The notes: generated from the sequence alone by a model not told the origin. A DNA stretch of 34,878 bases from Thermodesulfobacteriota bacterium (GCA_965223335.1 CBDCWF010000001.1:1-34878), one strand, 5' to 3'. Counted from the first letter of the stretch, positions 1 through 8,033 are shown. Made by a program: numbers and translations.

Positions 1-903
1 AAACTCACCCATAATCTCGCGGTCACTGCCTACGGTTTTTAAAAAGGAATAGTCCGGCCCTCTCTATAATCGTCCCTCCCCTGTGAAACAAAACCGCAAA
101 CTCAACCGACTCTGCCTCTCTATAAAAACCAAATATATCCATATCGTTTGCCCCCGGGTGTTATAACATCTGGTTGTCCAGGTTCCGCTCAAGCAGTGCT
201 ATCTGGTCCCTATAATGTGCGGCGTCCTCATACCTGGTTTCTTCCGAGGCCCTATGCATATTGTCTTTTAAGAGTTTTATAATCCCTGTCTTTTCGCCGC
301 GCAGAAACATCCTTGTTTGCTGTACCACCTCACCGTATTTCTCTTCGTCTACTTTGCCTGCCACACGGCCCCAAACAAAGCCCATGTTGTAATTAAGGCA
401 GGGTCTTGAGCTGTGCCGCCTAAACTTAGCCTCTGTACAATCCCTAAGTGGAAACACTTTGTGCATTAGCCTTTTCTGCTTTTCTAAGCGCATCTGCCGA
501 GGCAAACGGCCCGTAATAAAGTGCCCCGTCCCTTCACAACCTTTCTTGTGTATCTGAGCTTTGGGATTGTTTCTTTAGGGTCAAGTCTCAGAGATAAGTA
601 GTTTTTATCGTCCTTTAGTCTTATGTTGTATCTGGGCTTCTGCTGTTTTATTAGCGAGTTCTCGAGCAATAGCGCCTCACGCTCGTCGTTGGTCACCACA
701 TAATCAAGGTCCGATACCTCTCTCATTAGATAACCTACGTGCGGGCGCTGTATGCTCTCCGACTCCCCGAAATAAGAGCGCAGCCTGCTCCTCAGGTTGT
801 TCGCCTTCCCTATATATACGGACCTTCCCCTCTTGTTCTTCAGTATGTAAACACCCGTGGTTTCAGGTGCATCTTCTACCGCTTCCCTTAATTTATCGCT
901 CAT
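1..903 (-). CDS. uvrC: 5' part of uvrC, truncated by the window edge; the frameshifts are probably contig-end sequencing errors
   Basis: ORFs 484-903 and 161-505 are pieces of the intact 21,873-23,720 gene. The differences are mostly single-base indels in homopolymers, confined to the first ~570 bp. Confidence 0.9.
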
Positions 904-1144
904 CTACTTATAACCATTGCCTATTATCGATGACTCAAAGACATATGAAAGTATAAAAGTACAGGCCTCTTACGCAACACTATAGAAAACAGCCTTGCCC
1001 CACACCCTCTTACTGCTAAGGGTTCTCACCGTTGGGGTTAAGCTGTTTATTATATTGCTGCAACACATAACTCTCTCAAATAACTGTGTTATTTCTACTT
1101 ATAAAGTCCTATTTAAGAAATAATGTCTTTTTCTGAATCTTTTA

Positions 1145-1162
1145 TAGTTGCAATTGCAACTA
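1145..1162. promoter_or_regulatory. Perfect 18-bp palindrome, candidate operator (copy at 23,962-23,979)
   Basis: TAGTTGCAATTGCAACTA, about 30 bp upstream of the ATG at 1195. Confidence 0.6.
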
Positions 1163-1194
1163 ATTATGCAAATACAATAAGGAGGTAGAAGAAA

Positions 1195-1467
1195 ATGAAA
1201 AAGTTTCTTCTTATTTCAGCTTTAGCAATCGGTCTTGGTAGTCCCGCTATCTCAAATGCGGCGGTTAGTGCTTTCGGTGTGAATATACCGGTCGCACAAA
1301 ACGAGGTTTCCGACAATATTCGCGGTGGTTATGTGGCAAAGGATCTTGGCGATACATTTCAGGTCCAGAGACTAAGCTCAAGCAGCGAATCTCTTTCCGG
1401 CGACAATGAAGACGGAAACTCGTACTATGTATTCGGTGTAAGGATAGGCTCAGATGACCTTATCTAA
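1195..1467 (+). CDS. Small secreted hypothetical protein (90 aa)
   Basis: AGGAGG RBS; signal peptide MKKFLLISALAIGLGSPAISNA; downstream terminator. Confidence 0.85.
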   Translation: MKKFLLISALAIGLGSPAISNAAVSAFGVNIPVAQNEVSDNIRGGYVAKDLGDTFQVQRLSSSSESLSGDNEDGNSYYVFGVRIGSDDLI

Positions 1468-1489
1468 ATGTATAAGGCTATGGATTCCA

Positions 1490-1545
1490 ACCCGGTAGTG
1501 TATTGTGAAATTTTCTAACACATCCTACACTGCCGGGTATTTTTT
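1490..1545 (+). terminator. Intrinsic terminator
   Basis: Stem ACCCGGTAGTGTA...TACACTGCCGGGT followed by ATTTTTT. Confidence 0.7.
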
Positions 1546-1841
1546 AAAACGAAAAATACCAGCACCAATCTCTATTCTGTAGAACTGCTGAACATAACCC
1601 ACTCGGCTAGTAGTCACCTGTTATCATATGTAAGGCTGACATTAAAAACCAAGCTAATACATATAGTGGAGAAGGGTCTTGAGTTAAAATGTGCCGACAT
1701 GTTAGTAAAACACACTCACAAGTATGATTCTAGCTTTAAATTTTCACCCCGTAGGGCTGACACAACCCTGCCCTTAGTCGAACCACGTAAATAACCATAT
1801 ACAAATAAAACGCAACACCGCTCTATAAGATGTAAATTATG

Positions 1842-2579
1842 CTACTTCTTCTTAGGTGTACTTTTTTTGCTTTTTACCGTACCACTTACCGCGATAGCTA
1901 CCGCGGTAGTTTCGTCCGATACCTTTTTTAATACAGGGTCTATTACTACACCTTCTTTCTCTCTCTCTGTTTTTATCTCTTTTGGGGTATAAATTCTAAA
2001 CTTCCGGCCATACACTCCCAGCGACGGCTCCAATACCTTAATATTTAACTTCTCAATCAGTCCATGTACCGCAACCCTCACAGTTTTGTCAGATAGCCCA
2101 CTTCCAGCCTTTAGCTCTTTTAGCCCAAACCTCATGTCCTTTGTCTTTGTTTTTTTGTATCTCTCATACATATACTCATAGACCCTATACTCCGATCTTG
2201 TCAGCACCAGATCCTCAATTTCAACAACCGACTTTTCCCTTTTTCTTTTTCCAGGTTCCTTTTTCTCCCCACCTTTATTTACCGCGGTAGTTACCGCAGT
2301 ATCTACCGCACTACTTACCGCATTACCTACCGCGGTAGTTACCGCGGTAATATTTTTCCCCTCTTTTTTGCCTTTTTTCTTCTCCGGTTTTTCTTCTGTG
2401 AGCTTACGGTCTTCCCTAAAGGTCTCGAAGTACTTGCTTGCTACTTTGTGCGCCCCTATGGGGTTAGAGCGCTCCTTCATATAATCAAGCATATCGCTTA
2501 AACGCTTGCCACCGGGGCGTTTAGCGCTACTACGAGCTTCTGTAGATGTATTGTCTTCCTTCGTTTTTTTCTTGCTCAT
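1842..2579 (-). CDS. ParA-associated winged-helix DNA-binding protein; candidate non-ParB centromere-binding protein
   Basis: Overlaps the 3' end of parA by 50 bp, with a GGAGG RBS. It has a Lys-rich low-complexity N-terminus and a wHTH-like segment (LTRSEYRVYEYM...GLKELKAGSGLSDKTVRVAVHGLIEK). No ParB GxRR motif is present. Confidence 0.7.
   Translation of the reverse strand: MSKKKTKEDNTSTEARSSAKRPGGKRLSDMLDYMKERSNPIGAHKVASKYFETFREDRKLTEEKPEKKKGKKEGKNITAVTTAVGNAVSSAVDTAVTTAVNKGGEKKEPGKRKREKSVVEIEDLVLTRSEYRVYEYMYERYKKTKTKDMRFGLKELKAGSGLSDKTVRVAVHGLIEKLNIKVLEPSLGVYGRKFRIYTPKEIKTEREKEGVVIDPVLKKVSDETTAVAIAVSGTVKSKKSTPKKK
1875..1910. repeat. 3 x 12-bp TACCG-N7 repeats (copy at 24,692-24,727)
   Basis: taccgtaccact / taccgcgatagc / taccgcggtagt. 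Confidence 0.85.
2280..2351. repeat. 6 x 12-bp TACCGC-N6 tandem repeats, candidate parS (copy at 25,097-25,168)
   Basis: taccgcggtagt / taccgcagtatc / taccgcactact / taccgcattacc / taccgcggtagt / taccgcggtaat. The core TACCGCGGTA is palindromic. Confidence 0.9.
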
Positions 2580-3339
2580 ATATCTTTACAACCTCCCTAG
2601 CCAGTCTCCTGTAGTCCATAGCACCCGGGCTCATGGGGTCATAATCCAATATATGTTTTCCGTATCCGCTTGCCTCTTTAAGCTTTACATTTGCGTGAAT
2701 CGGCGGGAGTGTATTGGGTCCAAATTTTTCGTTTATAGCGTCCAAAATCGTACTACTCATAGTCGTAAGTTTATCGTGCATTGTAGGTAGCCCATAGGGC
2801 ACAATCGGGTAGTCCGGACGAGACGAGTAAACCTCATACAACGTCTCGTCGATCATTTTCACTGCATCAAACGCGAGGGGCTGCGTCTGAATAGCAACTA
2901 TCACGTCATCCGCGGCAAATAGCGCGTTTATGGAAAGCGTCGCAAGGGAAGGGGGGCAGTCAATCAAAACAAAATCCAGTTTTTTCCGTAGCTTCTTAAG
3001 CGACTTCCTAAGCTTATGGTCCTTCTCTATAAGCGCCGACATAGTTAAATCGGCCCTGCTCATCGACAGGTTGGCGGGTATCACATAAAGCCCGTGAGTG
3101 GGATGGTCCACAACCACTCCGTTAATATCCACCTTGTTCCCCGTATCCGTTAGCACATCGTTTATCGTTAGCTCAAAACTGTTGGGATTAAAGCCCAGAT
3201 GGGATGTAGCGTTTCCCTGCGGATCTATGTCCACAATCAAAACCTCGCAACCCTTCTCCGCAAGGCACGCTGCTAAGTTGACGGCGGTCGTCGTTTTGCC
3301 GACCCCACCCTTATGGTTTGTTACCGTTACTACCTTCAA
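2530..3339 (-). CDS. parA: ParA/Soj-family partition ATPase
   Basis: Deviant Walker A KGGVGKTT, VDIDPQGNAT and Walker B LIDCPP. No N-terminal HTH. TTG start. Confidence 0.95.
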   Translation of the reverse strand: MKVVTVTNHKGGVGKTTTAVNLAACLAEKGCEVLIVDIDPQGNATSHLGFNPNSFELTINDVLTDTGNKVDINGVVVDHPTHGLYVIPANLSMSRADLTMSALIEKDHKLRKSLKKLRKKLDFVLIDCPPSLATLSINALFAADDVIVAIQTQPLAFDAVKMIDETLYEVYSSRPDYPIVPYGLPTMHDKLTTMSSTILDAINEKFGPNTLPPIHANVKLKEASGYGKHILDYDPMSPGAMDYRRLAREVVKIYEQEKNEGRQYIYRSS

Positions 3340-3486
3340 ATAAGGTCCTTCTTCCTGTTCCCTTCTACTATACTAACAATTTTTCGAGCCAATCACAAAT
3401 CCCCAAACACCACGCTCGTTGCTACAAATCCAGCAGCTCTTATCGGGTAATTTATGGTACTTAAACCAGCCATTTCACAATGGCAA

Positions 3487-3515
3487 TTGATTTACGTTTG
3501 TAATAATAATATAAT
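3487..3515 (+). promoter_or_regulatory. Predicted sigma70 promoter for rep
   Basis: TTGATT-N17-TATAAT, directly preceded by the palindrome GCCATT-tcac-AATGGC (3469-3484). Confidence 0.65.
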
Positions 3516-3541
3516 GGAATTCAGCGGGTGATTCACGACAT

Positions 3542-3602
3542 AAAAAAGCCGCCGATGACAAGCTAGAAGCTAAAATCAACGGCGGCAACCGGAAGGTGGA
3601 AC
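3542..3602 (-). ncRNA. Predicted ~60-nt counter-transcribed RNA antisense to the rep leader (copy at 26,359-26,419)
   Basis: Minus-strand promoter TTGACA-N18-TATGAT, then a hairpin GCCGCCG...CGGCGGC ending in T6. Confidence 0.65.
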
Positions 3603-3608
3603 TATCTA

Positions 3609-3638
3609 ATCATAACCTTTTCCTCCTTCTATTGTCAA
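3609..3638 (-). promoter_or_regulatory. Predicted sigma70 promoter of the antisense RNA
   Basis: TTGACA (3638-3633), 18-bp spacer, TATGAT (3614-3609). Confidence 0.65.
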
Positions 3639-3690
3639 GCTTTTTAATACCCTGACAGGCAAGTCGGCCCCGTTATGTTTTGGTGAGAAA

Positions 3691-4653
3691 ATGCCTACAA
3701 AAAAACAGGACAAAACCAAGATATTTCAAATATGGGGAGAGGTCCTCGATGAGGGTTTCACAAGTGTACCAAATCTACTCCTAAAGTACCGTTCCAATAT
3801 AGGGCTAAAACCCAAACACATCATGCTTATTATCGACATTATGTCCTTTAAATGGGACTCGGAAAACCCATACCCAAGCTACTTCACACTGGCCAAGAGG
3901 GCAGGCGTTGAGGAGCGCAGTGTAAAGCGTATCACGCAGGACTTAGAGGAGTTTGGTCTTCTCATTAAAACCCCACGGTTTGACGAAGAAACAGGTGCTC
4001 AGGTAACCACTGTTTTTGACTTTCGCCCCCTAGTACAAAGCCTCGTACAACAGGTACAAACCGAACAGGATGATCACTCAAAAAACACTGTACAATTCGA
4101 CAAAATAAACCCTAAACCCACCAGAAGAAAAAACAGCGAAAAAGGGGTGACAAAAACGTCAAGGGGGAGGGTGACAAAAATGTCACCCGGGGGGGTGACC
4201 GAAATGTCACCGGAGGGGGTGACAAAAACGTCACCCAAAGAAGACACATATAGTAAGAAGATAAATATATATAAACTAACCCCTGTAGTTAACCGTACTA
4301 ACGGTAGTAAGAAAAAGGTTTCGAATAATACAAAAACAAGGGTTAGTAAACACCTAAGAAGTGCTATTTTTAGAAACAGAATATTCGAAATCTACGACAA
4401 CCTAAGAGAGATAAAATCACTAGACAAACTGGTCGAAGAAGCTGCAGAAAAAGCCTGTAAAGAGATCCTTATAAACAGGGCAGGGGATCTCGGCAATATA
4501 AACACAAAATCCACCTCGGACTCGGTCGTAAAATCGGTTAAGAAAAACTTCCCATACAACAAACTCCCAGCCGACCAAGACAAAGCACGTAGGGTTTTCA
4601 CTGCAGAGCTATGTAACCTCGTAGCCGAGGAAATGTCAGCACTCATAAAATAA
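3691..4653 (+). CDS. Putative replication initiator with an N-terminal DnaD-N/replisome-organizer-like wHTH domain
   Basis: GFTSVPNLLLKY...GL...YPSYFTLAKRAGV...VKRITQDLEEFGLL resembles DnaD-N/HTH_36. It has intragenic iterons and is divergent from parA. Confidence 0.8.
   Translation: MPTKKQDKTKIFQIWGEVLDEGFTSVPNLLLKYRSNIGLKPKHIMLIIDIMSFKWDSENPYPSYFTLAKRAGVEERSVKRITQDLEEFGLLIKTPRFDEETGAQVTTVFDFRPLVQSLVQQVQTEQDDHSKNTVQFDKINPKPTRRKNSEKGVTKTSRGRVTKMSPGGVTEMSPEGVTKTSPKEDTYSKKINIYKLTPVVNRTNGSKKKVSNNTKTRVSKHLRSAIFRNRIFEIYDNLREIKSLDKLVEEAAEKACKEILINRAGDLGNINTKSTSDSVVKSVKKNFPYNKLPADQDKARRVFTAELCNLVAEEMSALIK
4144..4280. other. Putative replication origin: 4 x 24-bp palindromic iterons plus AT-rich tract (copy at 26,961-27,097)
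   Basis: GTGAC at 4147, 4171, 4195 and 4219; consensus GGGTGAC-AAAAAY-GTCACCC. Followed by the AT-rich 'atatagtaagaagataaatatatataaactaa'. Confidence 0.8.
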
Positions 4654-4799
4654 AAAGCATATATTTCACACACAAATCATCTGATTGTATCGACAGGTAA
4701 TTTCAAACAGTGCGGTTTAAGCTGTAAATTATTGACTTTTGTCTATGCCAAATTAATATAGTTTGCCACGATAAATTAAATTCAGGGGGTAGTAACAAC

Positions 4800-6011
4800 A
4801 TGGCCAGCAGGATTCCAAGAATAGAAGAGGCCCGAGAAACTCTTAAAAAAAATAAAATAGTTATTGCGGGAGTTGGGGAAACCGAACAGGGCAAGATCCC
4901 GGACAAAAGCTCTTTTCATTTCCTCTCCGAGGCTTCAAAGCTTGCCATCAAGGATGCGGGGATTGATAAGTCCGACGTAGATGGTCTAGTAACAGCATTT
5001 TCTTTGGTTGAACACACATTTATGCACTGCACTACTTTCGCTGATTATTTCGGACTTAACCCCAGGTTTTTTTCTTCAGTTGCAGTAGGCGGCGCCACAG
5101 CGGTATGGATGGCTGCAGAAGCCGCGATGGCAATTGCTGCCGGACAAGCCGAGGTTGTGCTCTGTGTTAGGGGTGACAACACACTCTCCGGGATATCCTC
5201 CTCCGGGATGGTAGCCCTTATCCGTGAGATGTGCCACGCCGAGTTCGAGTACCCATACGGGCTCACCACACCCGGCGGATACGCGCTTGCTGCGCAGAGG
5301 TACCTACACGAGTACAACGCAACGGAAGAGCACCTGGCCTCAGTTGCGGTCACAATGCGCAAACACGCCGCTCTAAAAGAAAACGCAATGAACAAAGACC
5401 CCCTCACGATAGACGACGTTGTGAACTCTCGCGTTATAGCAAAGCCGCTCCACAAGTATGACTGCTCTATCATTTCCGACGGCGGTGCCGCGTTTATCGT
5501 TACCACCGAGGAAAAAGCAAAAGCGCTCGGCATTGAGAACCCCCTTGCATACCTCTGGGGAATGGGACAGGGTTACTCTCACCAGTACCTAACCACACTA
5601 AAGGACCTGGACCAGATCTATAACGCCATAGACCGCTCGGGCCAAAAAGCCTTCCAGACCGCAGGCATAGGCCCCGACGATGTAGACGTTGCATTTCTAT
5701 ACGACTGCTTTACTATCACAGTGCTCCTTGAGCTCGAGGGGCTCGGGCTGGTTCCCAAAGGTGAGGGCGGAGCGTTTTCACTCGAGGGAAGAATGGAGAT
5801 AGGCAAGGACCTTCCGGTAAACACACACGGCGGGCTTCTCTCGCAGGCGCACCTGGGTGCCATGCACCATGTCATTGAGGCTACACTTCAGCTAAGGGGT
5901 GCCGCCGGACAAAGGCAGGTCGACGATGCCAACATAGCGCTTGTGCACGGTAACGGCGGTATAGTCTCTGCCCACAGCACCATCGTGCTTGGCAAAGAGC
6001 CACTTTCATAG
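4800..6011 (+). CDS. Thiolase-superfamily protein lacking the catalytic Cys (Ltp2-like, possible aldolase)
   Basis: Thiolase/SCP-x motifs DCSIISDGGAA, LYDCFT and VNTHGGLLSQAH. The nucleophile position reads VGGATA. A DUF35 gene is adjacent. Confidence 0.85.
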   Translation: MASRIPRIEEARETLKKNKIVIAGVGETEQGKIPDKSSFHFLSEASKLAIKDAGIDKSDVDGLVTAFSLVEHTFMHCTTFADYFGLNPRFFSSVAVGGATAVWMAAEAAMAIAAGQAEVVLCVRGDNTLSGISSSGMVALIREMCHAEFEYPYGLTTPGGYALAAQRYLHEYNATEEHLASVAVTMRKHAALKENAMNKDPLTIDDVVNSRVIAKPLHKYDCSIISDGGAAFIVTTEEKAKALGIENPLAYLWGMGQGYSHQYLTTLKDLDQIYNAIDRSGQKAFQTAGIGPDDVDVAFLYDCFTITVLLELEGLGLVPKGEGGAFSLEGRMEIGKDLPVNTHGGLLSQAHLGAMHHVIEATLQLRGAAGQRQVDDANIALVHGNGGIVSAHSTIVLGKEPLS

Positions 6012-6047
6012 TTTTTTCATAACAAGAGAAAAAAGGAGAATTTAAAA

Positions 6048-6470
6048 ATGTCAGACGATAAAGGATACACAAAACCGCTTCCCGAGTTTAGGCCCGAGAC
6101 CAAACCGTACTGGGACGGCTGCAAGGACCACAAACTCCTACTTCCCAGGTCAAAAGAGACCGGAGAGTTCTTTTTCTACCCCCGCGCTATATCCCCAGGC
6201 AACGATATGTCGGATGATATCGAGTGGGTCGAGGCAAGCGGCAAGGCCAAGGTGTGGACCTACGCAATCCACTATATGGGCCCCACAAAGGCCTATAAGG
6301 GCGATCCTCCCTATGTTGTAGCGTTGGTAGAAACAGAGGAAGGTGTCAAGATGATGACCAACATAGTGGACTGTGATCCGGACGACGTGGATGTCGGCAT
6401 GGAAGTTGAGGTAGTGTTTGATGACGTTACGGATGAGGTAACACTGCCCAAGTTTAAACCCGCGGGCTAA
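6048..6470 (+). CDS. DUF35 OB-fold acyl-CoA-binding protein (ChsH2-C-like) with a degenerate Zn ribbon
   Basis: KPYWDG, EWVEASGKAKVWTY, PYVVALVETEEGVKMMTNIV and VGMEVEVVF motifs. Confidence 0.9.
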   Translation: MSDDKGYTKPLPEFRPETKPYWDGCKDHKLLLPRSKETGEFFFYPRAISPGNDMSDDIEWVEASGKAKVWTYAIHYMGPTKAYKGDPPYVVALVETEEGVKMMTNIVDCDPDDVDVGMEVEVVFDDVTDEVTLPKFKPAG

Positions 6471-6558
6471 TAAGCTGGTTGGCTGTGAAAGGGTCTTTTA
6501 AAAATTCACCCACACCACACGCCCTAAAACACTATAGAACGTAGAAGGAGACAATAAT

Positions 6559-7014
6559 ATGTCTGGTACAACAAGACTGTTTTATGAAGACCTCGAAGAG
6601 GGTGCGGAACACAAGAGCACAGGGAGGACCATAACAGAGACCGATGTTGTCAGCTTTGCCGGGCTGTCCGGTGATTTCAATAACATGCACATAGACGAGG
6701 AATTTGCAAAAAAGACGGTTTTTAAAACCAGGGTGGCTCACGGCCTCTGCGTGCTTTCCGTTGCCTCGGGTCTTTGGTTTACAATGCCCAGGCTTGCCAC
6801 GGTCGCGTTTATGGGGCTTGAGGACTGGAGGTTCTCGGGTGCTGTAAAGTTCGGCGACACCATACACATCACACGCAAGCTTGTCGAGAAAAAAGAACAC
6901 AAACGCCCCAACATGGGCTTTTTAATATTTGAGGTAAACGTCCACAATCAAGAGGACGAGGTTGTCCAGAAGGGCAAGTGGGTAATACTTGTTCAAAGAA
7001 AAGAAGAAGCCTAG
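6559..7014 (+). CDS. MaoC-family (R)-enoyl-CoA hydratase/dehydratase
   Basis: GRTITETDV, hydratase-2 motif FAGLSGDFNNMHID, VAHG and GDTI. Confidence 0.92.
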   Translation: MSGTTRLFYEDLEEGAEHKSTGRTITETDVVSFAGLSGDFNNMHIDEEFAKKTVFKTRVAHGLCVLSVASGLWFTMPRLATVAFMGLEDWRFSGAVKFGDTIHITRKLVEKKEHKRPNMGFLIFEVNVHNQEDEVVQKGKWVILVQRKEEA

Positions 7015-7047
7015 TTTTGATATTAAAAGAGTTTTGTAATTTGTCCA

Positions 7048-7077
7048 GAACCCCGGGCTTCTTTATGCCCGGGGTTC
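7048..7077 (+). terminator. GC-rich stem-loop after maoC
   Basis: GAACCCCGGGC-ttctttat-GCCCGGGGTTC; no clear U tract. Confidence 0.6.
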
Positions 7078-7267
7078 AATGTAACACCCCTCCACAATAG
7101 AATATTTTCCAAAAACTTAATATATATAAAAGCCGAATTTTAGTAAATTACTTAAAAAGCACCTTGACACAGACACCCCAAATGTGCTAAATCCTATTTC
7201 ATATGCAAATAAAGACGTGTTTGGGGTACATGTCTTATATCAAACCAGAAAGGAGGTATGGAGAGAA

Positions 7268-7810
7268 ATGGCAATAGATATGTTGCTCGGTTATGTGTTG
7301 TTGCTTGTAGGTTTTGTATTTTTCTGTAACGGTATGACAGTATTAGGTAAAACGGGGGCCAAGGAAGTAGGTGTTTTGAACCTCGCAGTCGGTATTTTGA
7401 TTCTGATAGCGGCCTGGAAGCTGCACACGTTAGAACTCACGGCTGCAACCGCTCTGGTCTCGGTTTTTGCTCTTATTTACTTTATGGTAGCCGGTATATT
7501 CATTAACGGATATGACGCTAAAGGGCTTGGATGGTACTGCCTTTTTGCTACGATTGTTTTCATCTGGTACGGCTATCACTTTTTCACATTAGAAGCAGCC
7601 ATTCCTGGAATGATGTACTATGCCATTTTCTGCTGGGCATGGGCATTGCTTGTGTTCCTAGTCTTCCTGGTATTCTCTTTGGGGAAAGCATTGGGACCGG
7701 CTGTTGGATGGCTCTTCTTGATCGAAGCGTTTCTAACACTCTTGATCCCAGGCATGCTTCTTCTCACAGGCAAATGGGGTCCTATAGCTGCTCTAAGCGC
7801 AGGCGGTTAA
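7268..7810 (+). CDS. AmiS/UreI-family amide/urea channel (180 aa; start moved from 7184)
   Basis: Multiple hydrophobic segments. MLLGYVLLLVGFVFFCNG...KEVGVLNLAVG and KGLGWYCLF match the UreI/AmiS pattern. AGGAGG/GGAG lie upstream of ATG 7268. Confidence 0.85.
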   Translation: MAIDMLLGYVLLLVGFVFFCNGMTVLGKTGAKEVGVLNLAVGILILIAAWKLHTLELTAATALVSVFALIYFMVAGIFINGYDAKGLGWYCLFATIVFIWYGYHFFTLEAAIPGMMYYAIFCWAWALLVFLVFLVFSLGKALGPAVGWLFLIEAFLTLLIPGMLLLTGKWGPIAALSAGG

Positions 7811-7858
7811 TAGTTGTGTAGGAAGCACTGAGATTTATAAAAACGAATAAATAAAATT

Positions 7859-7902
7859 AGAAAGGGGAATGTTGATGCAAATCAGCAATCCCCTTTCTTT
7901 TT
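7859..7902 (+). terminator. Intrinsic terminator
   Basis: AGAAAGGGGA...TCCCCTTTCT followed by a T run. Confidence 0.8.
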
Positions 7903-8033
7903 GTCTTGTGTGATTTTCACTCTGTCTTTTTTCTCGACCTTTTCTCTAGGTCTGTCCTCATATATAATAGGTGTTGAGTTTTTGTGCATTGATATATTAA
8001 AATAGACGAAGGTTTAAAACGGAGGTCTTTGCT

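Noticed and set aside
1..903. uvrC pseudogene suggesting decay of one duplicate
   Set aside because: The indels sit mostly in homopolymers, only at the extreme contig start, and the rest of the duplicate looks identical. This is typical low-coverage long-read error.
2280..2351. CRISPR-like array (also considered for 4144-4239)
   Set aside because: The units are contiguous 12- or 24-bp repeats with no unique spacers, they lie in frame within genes, and there are no cas genes.
3691..4653. Prophage or phage-plasmid
   Set aside because: The initiator is phage-like, but the complete unit has no terminase, capsid, tail, lysis or integrase gene.
7184..7267. N-terminal extensions in the ORF track (7184-7267 and 10,180-10,275)
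   Set aside because: Both upstream GTG starts overlap or abut promoter elements and lack an RBS. Good RBSs precede ATG 7268 and ATG 10,276.
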